From the NCBI RefSeq assembly GCF_003918875.1, contig NW_025767105.1:620001-684000 (forward strand): a stretch of DNA of 64,000 nucleotides, given 5' to 3'. This DNA is from Haliotis rubra (Eukaryota). The position numbers and the translations under genes were made by a program. This document shows, one piece after another, positions 38,101-50,691 of the stretch. Under the pieces are notes generated by a model that was not told the origin of the DNA, ran no database searches, and was given only the letters and a program-made list of their open reading frames with translations. The number at the start of each line of letters is the position of its first letter. Position 1 is the first letter of the stretch.

Positions 38101-40631
38101 ATTTGTGTTATGTTGGTTACAGTACATCATACCTGAATCTTTTAAATAAACAAAACAAGTACTTGTATGTCTTTCGTCTTGAATTCAGTTTATCTTGTAA
38201 GATTTAACAATGTTATTTACCTAAAGAAAATAAGTTCAATTGAAATTAAACAAACACATGTACTATATCGATATGTTTCGTCTTGAATTCAGTTTATCTT
38301 GTAAGATTTAACAATGTTATTTGCCTAAAGAAAATAAGTTCAACTGAAATTAAACAAACACATGTACTATATCGATATGTTTCGTCTTGAATTCAGTTTA
38401 TCTTGTAAGATTTAACAATGTTATTTACCTAAAGAAAATAAGTTCAACTGAAATTAAACAAACACATGTACTATATCGATATGTTTCGTCTTGAATTCAG
38501 TTTATCTTGTAAGATTTAACAATGTTATTTACCTAAAGAAAATAAGTTCAACTGAAATTAAACAAACACATGTACTATATCGATATATGTTTTAGGCCTT
38601 TGAATTCAGTTTATCTTGTAAGATTTAACAATGTTATTTACCTAAAGAAAATTCAACTGAAATTAAACAAACACATGTACTATATCGATATGTTTCGTCT
38701 TGAATTCAGTTTATCTTGTAAGATTTAACAATGTTATTTACCTAAAGAAAATAAGTTCAACTGAAATTAAACAAACACATGTACTATATCAATATGTTTA
38801 GATCTTGAATTCAGTTTATCTTGTAAGATTTAACAATGTTATTTACCTAAAGAAAATAAGTTCAACTGAAATTAAACAAACACATGTAAATATCGATATG
38901 TTTAGGTCTTGAATTCAGTTTATCTTGTAAGATTTAACAATGTTATTTACCTAAAGAAAATAAGTTCAACTGAAATTAAACAAACACATGTACTATATCG
39001 ATATGTTTCGTCTTGAATTCAGTTTATCTTGTAAGATTTAACAATGTTATTTACCTAAAGAAAATAAGTTCAACTGAAATTAAACAAACACATGTACTAT
39101 ATCGATATGTTTCTTCTTGAATTCAGTTTATCTTGTAATTCAATGTTATTTACCTAAAGAAAATAAGTTCAACTGAAATTAAACAAACACATGTACTATA
39201 TCGATATGTTTCGTCTTGAATTCAGTTTATCTTGTAAGATTTAACAATGTTATTTACCTAAAGAAAATAAGTTCAACTGAAATTAAACAAACACATGTAC
39301 TATATCGATATGTTTTGTGAGGTTTATGTCACCAGCGCTTGCAGAAAACATTGCCGAGATACTTTGACCAATTACTGTTAACGAAGGTGAAACATTCTCT
39401 GCTTACCGATATATGTAAATGATTACTTGACATGGAAACTAAGTGCAATACCCTGTGTTTGGTTTACCCTTTAACAGTTTTAGACATGTGCACACAAGGG
39501 ATCCCCTCATACTCATGTCAGCTGACGTGTGTCGTGATATTGATAACAGTTGTAATTAGTGAAGGACTCTAACGGTGATTCAGGTTTTGTTTGATTTGTT
39601 TCCAGCAACTCAGGGAACAGAAGGAAGATGGGGCCATTAATGAAGCTCAAAGGTAGAAATTTAAAAGGGAAAATTATTCCAAGCTAATATGATAAAACAA
39701 TTTAGTACAGGGTTCGAAATACCCCATGTATTAGCGTGCCATGGCACAGTAAATTTTGAAATGGCACGGATAAAAAATGTTTTCGGTGCCCTTATGGCAC
39801 GCCTAATTTTTTAGAGACATAACTCACCTTCAGTCATTTAATCCCCAAAACAAAACACTTACGCAAATGACAAACAAGCAAAATCATTTATTGACTTTAT
39901 CGCCCAGGAAATCACTGGAATTATGATTGATGATGTAAAGAAATATGGGTGTTTTTCCATTTAGAGTGATGGGAGTACTGATAATTCGGTTATTGAAGAG
40001 GAAATTGTGCATGCTAGATATATTGAAAAAGTGAACCTGTCACAAAATTCTTTGCTATCAAAGGTCTTGGGAAAGCAGAACAAATGCATATGAAGCTCAA
40101 AAAAGCCATCTTAAACAGAAGACATGGGGTGCGGTGGGCGAGCTGGCTAAGGCGCCAGGCTAGTGATCCAGCGAGGTTGAGGTGTTGGGATTGAGCCCAC
40201 CTGTGGCCGGGTGTAAAAACCTTGGAGTCAACTTTGTGTTCAGACTCTTTCAGTGTTGTCACAACCCCTAGTGTACAGTACACAACCCTGTGCACTTAAA
40301 AGAACCCACGAATCTGTTGGTATTTGATCAGATGGTGGCCACATGAATACGTGCAAACACCTAGTTGCGGGTACAGCAATGTGCAGTGAACATGGACAAA
40401 GTACTGTGACTATGTGTCCCAGTCCACCCAGCTGTGAATGGGTACCTCGTTAGGATGAGAAAGCCACAATAACTCGGTGCGCCTAGTGGCTGCAAGAGTT
40501 GTATACTCCCCAGGGAGTTGAGATTGATAATGCGATGTGCTGTTGAGATTGACATCCAATGATCGAGGGAAAAAAACACCAGCGCCTTGCGCATGCACTA
40601 GTGCGTGGATATGTGCGCTATATAAATATCC

Positions 40632-40680
<49 letters not shown>

Positions 40681-43600
40681 TCAGTGAAAACAGAAAACAG
40701 GTTACATTTGTTGTTTACTAACAATAAATTTCCAATGATCATCATCACTGCTACAGTCATTTATTCTAAAAACATATTGGCTGAAAGGCACATCTAAAAC
40801 ATTTGTCTGGTGCCCTAAGGCACACTTAGAAAATAAGTATTTCTATCCCAGTAGTAGTGAAGGACAGTGCTGTGGGCGTGGTATTGCCCATTCCACCAAG
40901 TGTTGTAGTAGGGGAGAATTATCTTGGTGCCCAAGTGAAGTCAGTGAATCAGTATGCATGTTATATCAACCCGTAGTGACCACGACTGTAAGATGTCTCT
41001 GATTGGTTGTTTCCAGACAGGTCGCCCTGGCAGACGTGATCCTGGTAAACAAGACGGACCTTGTCTCTCCAGCTGAAATAGACACTCTGCGGGACGAAAT
41101 CAGGTGAAAATATATGTCTATAGTTATCTTCCGGTAATAAATACAGAAGGAGTGGTATCTATGATCTTAGCTTAGATTTGACAATTACTAAATGATCAGC
41201 TGGTTGTAATACAGTGAACATTTCACCACGTGTGTGCGAACCGTGTTTGCTTGTTATAGGAGGCCATGCTATCTCCACTGGTACAATCCTTGGTGTACAT
41301 GACTATTCAGCTCACAAGATGTGCTAGATCTCTCCACACCTCACTGTAGTTAACAATGCTATATTCATGAAAGGACATTCATGTTCATGGTTTGTTTTGT
41401 ACTTGTACTTGGTAGGGGCAGTTTGTTGTAAGATGTAATATAGCAAGTAAATTTGCCTTATTGTGAAATGTTCGGAATTATGACAAACATGAAATGAATT
41501 TCAGTACTATAGAACCAGATAATATGGATGGGTGTCCGAAGCAGATAGCACACGTCCTTCTGCAAGCAATACATAGATGCTGGGTGCCATTGTTGTAAAT
41601 ATTAGATACTGAAAGTTAACTATTGCCTGCAACAGTAAATTGAATAATTTTGTGTCGCCTGTCTAAACGGTGAATGATTTCTTTAAGACAGTTGTTTTTC
41701 TGTTCAGGAAAATCAACAGCTTTGCCAAACTGAAGGAAACAACTCGAGCCAAGTGAGTGTGTACATCAACGTGATGGTGACCCTGTCTGGTAATGGTGGC
41801 TGTGGTTGACTTTAGGAAACATTCAGATGGACTTCAAGCTTGTTCTGCAATAGTGAAATGGCACATCAAAGAACACAATTTTGAAATGATGTTATAATGT
41901 CAAAAAATGATATATGAAAGTGCAGACTGCCAAGGTGGTATAGACTTTTTATCAGATAATTGTTTATCTCCTTGTAGCATATCACACTACGTCCCTGTTT
42001 CCCATTCTTGTCTCCCTATGTGATCACACTACGTCTCTGTTTCCCATTCTTGTCTCCCTATGTGATCACACTACGTCCCTGTTTCCCATTCTTGTCTCCC
42101 TATGTGATCACACTACGTCCCTGTTTCCCATTCTTGTCTCCCTATGTGATCACACTACGCCCCTGTTTCCCATTCTTGTCTCCCTATGTGATCACACACT
42201 CGTCCCTGTTTCCCATTCTTGTCTCCCTATGTGATCACACTACGTCCCTGTTTCCCATTCTTGTCTCCCTATGTGATCACACTACGTCCCTGTTTCCCAT
42301 TCTTGTCTCCCTATGTGATCACACTACGTCCCTGTTTCCCATTCTTGTCTCCCTATGTGATCACTCTATGTCCCTGTTTCCCATTCTTGTCTCCCTATGT
42401 GATCACACTATGTCCCTGTTTCCCATTCTTGTCTCCCTATGTGATCACACTACGTCCCTGTTTCCCATTTTTGTCTCCCTATGTGATCACACTACGTCCT
42501 TGTTTCCCATTCTTGTCTCCCTATGTCTATAGGTGCATGGGGATGGAAGGGGGAACTTTCAGATCACACTACGTCCCTGTTTCCCATGCTGTCCCCCTGT
42601 GGGTGGGTGTGGGGACTTCCACACCAATCCCCTACACCAAGCGACTGATTAGGACCCGGGGGTACACTCTGTCACCCGAGTGTGTGTCATTTATTGAGCT
42701 GGATTATTTCTAAACTGCTGTAAAATAACATTCATGCGTTGCCTACGACATACATACATACATGTGCTGTGGTCGGAGTGCTGCAGTAGACACCCACCCA
42801 CACCTACTTCCTGGATTCTGGCTACAAAAAAACTTAATGTGGTTGAACAAACAAACAAACAAACAAACAAACAAAGACCCCACCTCAGCAGCTTGTTGTC
42901 ACTGTGGACGATGTTTCAGGTGCAGTCTGGATGATGTGCTGGACCTGAACGCATACGGAGGTCAAGGTCAGGCAAGGTACAGTACATATATGCATTAGGA
43001 ATCATATAAAACATGGGGCGGTGGGGTAGCCTAGTGGTTAAAGCGTTCGCTCATCACGCCGAAGGCCCGGGTTCAATTCCCCACATGGATACAATTTGTG
43101 AAGCCCATTTCTGGTGTCCCCCGCCGTGATATTGCTGGAATATTGCTGAAAACGGCGTAAAACCAAACTCAGTCAGTCAGTATAACACATGGCTGAATCC
43201 TAATGTTCTAAACGTCTGTCATCATTTCAGTTGTAATGAAATTTCAAATTGAAAATACCTTTGCACTTTAAATGATGAAACAATGTTCCTAGTCTCTCCC
43301 TGAGCAAATCTCATCATAGTACTGTTTTATACTGATGCCTTCATTTGTCATCAAGTGAAATATGTTGGTATATGCAAATAGACGATGAAGCTGTGCTCTT
43401 ACTTTATGGACTACAGCTGATGGTAGTGAAGACATGGGTTGTATGGCTCTTTGGTTGTAGGTCCAATCTCCAACTTAGTACACAAATGTCTTGTCTTAAA
43501 CTGTTTTGAACTAACACCTGCACTGTTGCAATCCATAAGAAAATGTGAGGATTTTTTTCACGTTTTTTATGATTTGAAATTGACATAGTTAGCCTGCTAC

Positions 43601-46600
43601 ATAGTTTTCCCAGATTAGTGACAATGTAAAATATTTTATATCTTATGTTTGTATTCAATAATATATCTGCGCACACATGCACATTTGATTTTATTTCTCT
43701 AGAGAGATTAATTGATTTTATTCAATAAGTTACATTAAGTATTGAAAGTAAAACATGGTGAGTCAGCTGTACTTACACTGAATGTTATATTGTCAGTATG
43801 GAGGAGCTGTTTGAGAGACGAGGCTTCAACAAGGAGGATCAGCACCACATTGACAAGGTGAGCTATACTACTCCACTATATCTAGGGATATATCTTTACA
43901 TGATACGACCCATGAAGATTCTGGTTAGAATTGGTCTTCAGTAACCCATGCTTGTCATAATAGGCCACTAATGGGATCAGGTTGTCAGGCTCGCTGACTT
44001 GGTTGACACATGTAATTGTATCCCAATTGCATAGATTGATGCTCATGCTGTTGACCACTGGATTGTCTTGCCCAGACTCGATTATTTACAGACCGCAGCC
44101 ATGTAGCTGGAATATTGCTGAGTTCGGGGTAAAACAACAATCAATCAATATTTCTCTAATACACAAAACAGATCCTCACTATGTCAAGTGTATATTTTAA
44201 CAGATCCTCACTATGTCAAGTGTATAATTTCAGATCCTCACTATGTCAAGTGTATAATTTAACAGATCCTCACTATGTCAAGTGTATAATTTAACAGATC
44301 CTCACTATGTCAAGTGTATATTTTAACAGATCCTCACTATGTCAAGTGTATAATTTAACAGATCCTCACTATGTCAAGTGTATAATTTAACAGATCCTCA
44401 CTATGTCAAGTGTATAATTTAACAGAATGACCTACCTGATAAGCTGTATGAAATCTTTCTACATATTTTAATGTGACATGTTTTTGAAGGTCACCATTGA
44501 TGTTTTATGGTTTTGAAATTAAAACCCACAATGAGACCGTGGTTATACAGTACTACTACGCAACAAGCCAAGTACTAGTGATGCTTGTATTTGCTTGGAT
44601 GAAACTTAACTGGACAGCCATTATTTGTGTCATGTCAATCGACGCAGGTTCAATACAAAGCTGTAATTGTTAATGAGTCCAGGGTATAAATTATAACAGA
44701 ATGAAGTATAGTGCACTAATACAGGTTAATTGAGGATGCAGTCCAGCTGGCTGACAGACATATGTGTCAATAAGTACCACGTCTTAGACCAGCTACTGTG
44801 CAGAAGATGTGTATTCAGTGATGAAATGATATATCAGTTTGAAAATATACAACTGGTTTTTCCAAGAGGTAAATTCTTCAAACATTCTGTTATTTTCGTG
44901 AGTTCAGTCACACATATTGCAGGGACTACTTGACTCAGTGACTATGGTTTTCAGACTAATATATGTTTTGAATACTCAGCTTGATTTAGAAAGTGGTCAG
45001 ATGTAAAACATGTAGCAAATTGTGAATGCCAATTTACAAATGTCAGGGGGCTACACAAAGTATATCATCTAGATTTCCAGTTGTCAGACTTCCATTTTTG
45101 TGGAGGGGCGGTTGGGTAGCCTAGTGGTTAAAGCGTTGACTTGTCACGCCGAAGACCCGGGTTCGGTTCTCCACATGGGCACAATGTGTAAAGACCATTT
45201 CTGGTCTCCCTCGCCGTGATATTGCTGGAATATTGCTAAAAGTGGCGTAAAACTAAACTTACTACTACTCATTTTTGTGGAAGCCGCAGTGGCTGTGTCA
45301 GCTGTTTTGGTCACTTTGGTGGTTGCGATTATTTACCTTGGAAAGTGTAATCCCACGTCTAGCATTTGTTAGATATGTTAGAAATAACATCATCTGTAGA
45401 ATATTTACCTTTTCTTGTTTTGCTGTATAACTGTTATTTACTCTGCATGATGCATGGAGCTGTGTATGAATAGCTGTGTGTTTTCATGCTTCTTTCTGCC
45501 TGTGTTGCCATGTTCATGGTACAGTCAGCAGTCACCATGCAGTACTGCATGATGGTAGTGTTGTTGTTACAGAGTGTGCGGACAGTTACTGTAGAGGTGG
45601 AGGGGGAGCTGTCACAGTCAGCGCTTGAAGACTTCATGCAGAACCTGTTGTGGGAGAAACTGGTGAAGACGTCACAGGGAGACGTCACAGAAATACTCCG
45701 TCTGAAGGTGAGGGGAAACTGACGTGTCTGAAACTTTTGTTACAATCTTGAATGACTTGACGAGTGTGTCATGAGATATTGTGAGGGGCAGCAACAAGTC
45801 CGACCCTTCCTGTGATGCAGAATCTTTTCATTGAAAAAAGCATTCTCTTGCATAAGCCTATCCATCTGAATACCTGTCTTCCCCATCACATGATGTAGCT
45901 CTACATGCCGTCGGACACTCCTTTTAGCATGCATATGAGTAGTGCTGGCAAATCAGGTTGCTAGTGTTCACATTTCCTTATAACTACAGAAACGTTCCTT
46001 CTGATGTATAAATGTTGTGTCAAGATAAAGCCTCAGTCTATTTCAGTGTAGGAATCATCAGATTATTTTAAATATGTCTAAATAGTTTTGGCAATAGTTG
46101 TTAAATAATTCCACGTTTGACATTTTGTACCGAACTCTTGAGACCTACAGCCCAGTTAAAGCTGGGTAATAAGGAGCTGGGTATTACCAAACTTGTCCTG
46201 AAACATATGTTGAATGATATAAGCTGAGACAAGAAACACTACATTTGTCAAACCAAAACTTCTTGATCATTTGGACCTTTCTTACCAATCTTAAAATCTG
46301 TGTTACACAGATTCATAGCATGTACTTAATTTTGTGAATTTTGACTATAACTGTGAATGTTGTTACGAGAGTGTTTTTTGTAGTTTGTGATAGCATTGGT
46401 TAGGTGATAGTGGTTGTGAGTCACAATGTTTGAAGTTTTGAGTGTTACTTGTGGGTCACATTTCGCATCATGTATGTTCGGTGGCGGTGCTGTTTTTAGT
46501 GGTACGCCCTTTATGATAACGCTCCAGAGTTACCACCCTTGACCGGATGTTTATGTGTTGACATCGTCATGTCGTATGTTCAACACGTTTCGAGAAAAAT

Positions 46601-48138
46601 CTAAGTGGTTAATGATACAGCCATGTTTTGCTGGAAAGTTCGAGAATCTGTGTCAGTATATAAAGGCTGGCTGTTGTGTGGTATGACACGCAAGGACTGA
46701 CACACGGACTAACACACAGAATTACACGGGACTTTCGATATCACTGGAGTTGCCCATCGTTGTTTGTCTTCGATCCTTCGTCACATCGCCATCGTCTGAC
46801 CCTGACACTTTGTGCCTGACTGCTCTCATTTGTAAACAAGCTCCATTTAGAATATCTGATCTCACTGTGGTTACCACGACTCAGGTGAGTTAATATTTCA
46901 TATATGTGACCCATAACTTTAGATTTGTGACTCAATTGCATTGTACTAGAAATCTGTATTGTGATTCATTGTAGCTTGCTCATTGTTTGCTCAATATATT
47001 ATTGAATATTTTAGACTTGTCTGTGTTATATTTTGCTGGTTCAAAGGGGATTCTTAAACCTTTTGTCACGGCAATTTATTAACCGTAACAATGTGTTTGG
47101 ACTTTTTATTTGGTTTTGAGCTGAGTGTTCCTCCCTTTATTTCAGGGCGTTGTATCGATACAAGGCTGTTCAAGGAGAGTTGTAGTGCAGGCTGTGCATC
47201 AGTTGTATGACTCGCAGATGACAACGCCATGGGAGGAGGGAGAATCTCACATTACCAGGGTGGTGTTTATAGGTACGTATCACAGACTGAACTTGACAAT
47301 CAATCAATCCAAAATCAATCTTTTCCTCCACACAATAGATCTCTATGTAATGATTTGACCACTCTTCAGTCAATGAGCAAACAATTTAGCAGTTAATGAA
47401 ATTTGAAACATGAATATCCTGAGCGAATGTTTTGTTGTTGTTTTGTCAATTCCTGGTTAGAATACATCCTTGCCCTAAAGGCAACCAAACGTATAGGATT
47501 TACTTTCTTGGTGACTTTGTCGCTCTTAATATCAATCATTAGTTTGTCTGGTCCAGATTCACATACATCTGTCATATAGCAGTTGCTGTGTGTGGTTAGA
47601 ATGAACAAACAAATAAACAAATGATATACATAATTTCAGTTAACACATACAGAAACATATAACATCTCTTTCCATAAAGATATACAAGATCCCAAATTGC
47701 TGTCTTTGTTCACTTAGAGTGCACCTTTTTTAGACAGGATTAACTGAGACTTACAGTAATATAAACATGTTGTAATGATTAATTTCAAAATGCAAAACTT
47801 GAAAAGATAAAATTAAGTTGTATCTCTTTGCTATCATTTGACTTTGAAACTCTAGTCGTATTTGTGTGTTGATAAAGTAGTCAGTTGTACGTGAATCAGT
47901 ATGTTTGCCCAAAAACATAATAACTCTTAGCTGAGGATCACAATTTCTTCCATACCATTGCTTATAATGTCTTGGAGAAATATGTAAAGTTAAGTTAAAG
48001 ATGTTTGACCAGTCATATATGTATTTGGAAGCCCGACTAAATTCTCAAGTTTAACACTGTTTTATATTTTCAGGGAGAAATTTGGACAAACAAGTTCTCC
48101 AAGATCATTTAACAAAATGTGTCCAGTCGAACAGATGA
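32117..48138 (+). CDS. ZNG1: COBW domain-containing protein / zinc-regulated GTPase metalloprotein activator (CBWD/ZNG1, COG0523 family), 359 aa, 14 coding exons
   Basis: Exons 32117-32198, 33568-33654, 34136-34232, 35121-35212, 37068-37127, 37696-37733, 39606-39652, 41017-41103, 41708-41752, 42920-42976, 43797-43857, 45573-45707, 47146-47272, 48074-48138. All GT-AG, phases consistent, total 1080 nt. Motifs: EIPDLV, Walker A ITGFLGAGKTT, ILNEFGE, NGCLCCS (CxCC), [13 protein letters not shown], CobW_C (LRLKG...VFIGRNLD). Confidence 0.96.
32995..33562. repeat. 22-bp minisatellite, ~26 copies, abutting the ZNG1 exon-2 acceptor
   Basis: Unit ggtaaagtaactcctgtttgtt. Confidence 0.95.
34250..34890. 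repeat. 45-bp minisatellite, 14 copies
   Basis: Unit gaagttggtctgtgaagtaagatggtctgtgtttcttctgtcaag. Confidence 0.95.
35241..36512. repeat. 34-bp minisatellite, ~37 copies
   Basis: Unit acagtcacattcactcgtccctaggggtcataag; runs directly into a family A SINE body at 36513-36608. Confidence 0.95.
36623..36765. other. Assembly gap
   Basis: Run of N. Confidence 1.
37317..37482 (+). mobile_element. tRNA-derived SINE, family A
   Basis: Consensus match; TSD tctttttaaaattt on both sides. Confidence 0.9.
38172..39313. repeat. 104-bp AT-rich tandem repeat, ~11 copies
   Basis: gaattc recurs at 38181, 38285, 38389, 38493 and onward. Confidence 0.95.
39708..40851 (+). mobile_element. Internally deleted hAT-superfamily element with 5-bp TSD (hAT5-like)
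   Basis: TIRs cagggttcgaaatac and gtatttctatcccag (12/15 match), TSD tagta, subterminal ggtgccct..ggcac at both ends, transposase relic [18 protein letters not shown] at ~39970-40020. Confidence 0.7.
40125..40680 (+). mobile_element. Composite tRNA-headed SINE with Nin/Deu-type core and (AAT)n tail
   Basis: tRNA-like head, core cagtccacccagctgtgaatgggtacc, L2-like tail gcgctatataaat followed by ~16 AAT units. Confidence 0.75.
41982..42525. repeat. 42-bp minisatellite, 13 copies, plus a detached partial unit at ~42562
   Basis: Unit cactacgtccctgtttcccattcttgtctccctatgtgatca. Confidence 0.95.
43015..43180 (+). mobile_element. tRNA-derived SINE, family A
   Basis: Consensus match, (cagt)n tail, imperfect TSD tataa.acat. 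Confidence 0.9.
43907..44145 (+). mobile_element. SINE family B
   Basis: Consensus match showing CpG decay. Confidence 0.85.
44167..44426. repeat. 32-bp minisatellite, 8 copies
   Basis: Unit aacagatcctcactatgtcaagtgtataattt. Confidence 0.95.
45105..45268 (+). mobile_element. tRNA-derived SINE, family A
   Basis: Consensus match; TSD catttttgtgga. Confidence 0.9.
46361..47090 (+). mobile_element. Solo LTR (730 bp, Gypsy-like) in ZNG1 intron 12
   Basis: TGTTACG...CGTAACA termini, 4-bp TSD atgt on both sides, internal TATA (gtatataaagg). Confidence 0.85.
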
Positions 48139-48336
48139 TCCATGGCGCATCTCATGGAGGTTCGAACAGATGATCCATGACGCATCTCATGGAGGTTCGA
48201 ACAGATGATCCATGGCGCATCTCATGGAGGTTCGAACAGATGATCCATGGCGCATCTCATGGAGGTTCGAACAGATGATCCATGGCGCATCTCATGGAGG
48301 TTCGAACAGATGATCCATGGCGCATCTCATGGAGGT
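48127..48336. repeat. 35-bp minisatellite, 6 copies, overlapping the ZNG1 stop codon
   Basis: Unit tcgaacagatgatccatggcgcatctcatggaggt. Confidence 0.95.
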
Positions 48337-50691
48337 CCTCAGTGTGACTTGTGTATACATTCACCAATCTGTGTATATCATAAACTGAATATGATGAATT
48401 ATAATAAATTATCAAGCAATCGCATTTCACCTTGGAGTTGATTTCATCATGCTCAAGATAATTTTTGACACGGACAGTTACAAACTGAATACACTTTTTT
48501 GAAACTTGATGCATAGGTATGTCTCAGTTATATTTTGATTTAAGAAAGTAACATCTTAAGTTCAACTTTGTTTTAAAAATGAATATAGATTTAGTTTAGT
48601 GCTATGATTTGACTGGAATGGATTCAGTGGTGAGGCATTGTGTGTAGTTCACTGATTGCATGCCATGTTGATCTGTGAGGAATCGATGATCATACTTTTA
48701 GCCACTGGTTCACCTGGTCCAGCAACGATTGTTATCATTCTGTTTTGTAGATAATTACTGCTACCCACGTGGGTTGAGGGGATAGCCTCAGTTGTTTACA
48801 GTTGTCACTCCTGTCTGTCGTGTTTGTTTCTCTGTGTAGGAACAGTATGTGAAACCATTTCTTGAAGTTGCACTCTTGTGGTTCAGTAGTGGAGTGACGT
48901 ATAAAACTAATATATTAAGTCATATCTTAGTGATGTTCAGGAAAATATACTCAAACAAAAGTATCGTAAGCAAAACCACAAGCAGTCTTGTAATTACATT
49001 GTACTTGAATTAGGGTCTGTACATTACAAAGATGGATGTTGAGGAGAGGTGTGCCATGGCTTCCATGCTCTTGAAGATGTGATTGTTTGTGGATCAACTG
49101 TGGTACTGGGATGCAAACATTTGTCTGGAACCACAGATTTTGTGTTGTGGAAAGAGCTGTTTAATGCTGCAAGATATCATTGTGACGTAGCTGATGGTTG
49201 TCTTTCATGCTGATCAAGATCTCTCCTCCCCCCCCCCCTCTCTCCTTCCCTCATGCACGGATGCACGCACTTGCTCACTCCTTCGTTCGACATAGCCTTG
49301 AACTAGACACAAGAAATGTATTCAGTACCAGACATGTGAAATGCCTGCCTCACAAAAAACAATAATACAGTCCCAAACTAGCAAACTGTTGTTGGCTTGA
49401 ATCCCATGTTTATTCTTATGATCATTGGTATGTCAACCCCATTCATCCCTGCTTTGTAAGACACCATCACTCCCAAGTATTTTGGACAAATTTAGCCGCA
49501 TGCGCTGATATTGTTGTTTAATGGTGATGACCACGCAAGCCAATTATTCTAATTCTTATTTCTAAAGTTATACTTTGGTAGGTGCTATCACTAATAAAGG
49601 ACAAACCCATGAAGATATGACTGATAACTGATCTTCAGCCACCAATATTTGTAAGAGGCAGTTAGTGGGATAGGGTTCTTGACTTTGTTGATGACTGTCA
49701 TCAGATCCAAAACAAATGATAATCACTGGAGTATCTGGTCCAGATATATTTTTTTTACACCCAGCCTTCATGTTGCTGGAATATTGATGAGTGCATGTGG
49801 AAAGTTGAAAAGCGTTTTGTTCCTTTGTAGATTTGCTGTTCCATATTGTTTAAGTATGTTGAGGTTAGGCTTTGCACCAGACTTTATTCTGGTTTTGTGT
49901 GACCATTGATCACCCCAAACACCCACCAAGGAAAGGTAATCTATGAAGCCTGGTGGAGAGCTCATTATTGGCTGTTTTTGCGTCTTTTCATGAGGAATGT
50001 TTGATTGTAACTTGCCCATGTGCGGATTAATTCTGTGGTTTCCACAGACACATACAGAATGAAGTTGAACACTAAGTCATAGCTATCCCCAGTGGTATGC
50101 CCTTCTAACTGACATTCCCTCCCCTCCTGGTCACTTATAGTAGTTTGAAAATCCTTTTTCTGTATTGAGTGTGGTGAGTTAAGATTTAAAGTCACACGGA
50201 CAGCATACACTAAAACTGAAGATTTGAAACATTATAATATAACACTAAGGACAGTCCACTAGCTTGAGTTAAAACTAGCTAACATATATCTTTAAAAGTA
50301 GAAAATTATTTCTGCCAATACAATTCCAATTGGGCTGATCAGAAGTTCACCATCTAGGGACCATGGGGACTTACAGACCTTTGCTAGATGGACCCTAGCT
50401 GGATTACACTGTTGGCGTTTATACCGTAGTACATTGAAAATCCTACGATTAAAACAAATTTAAATTTACTGTGTGGTTACGTACCCTCTCAGGAGGACTG
50501 TATGGTATACACTGTACACGTGTATAGAGTGGAGTGAGAAATTGACTTTATCAGCTTGTTTCTACACTGATCCATCCCTATATAGGTTAGTGTTGTCGAC
50601 ATTAGTCCTTTGGACATTGTATTTTATATTATTTTTACGTTTGTACTTGATATATATTTTCCCGCCCTTTTCCTTTGTCTAACTTTAAGCT

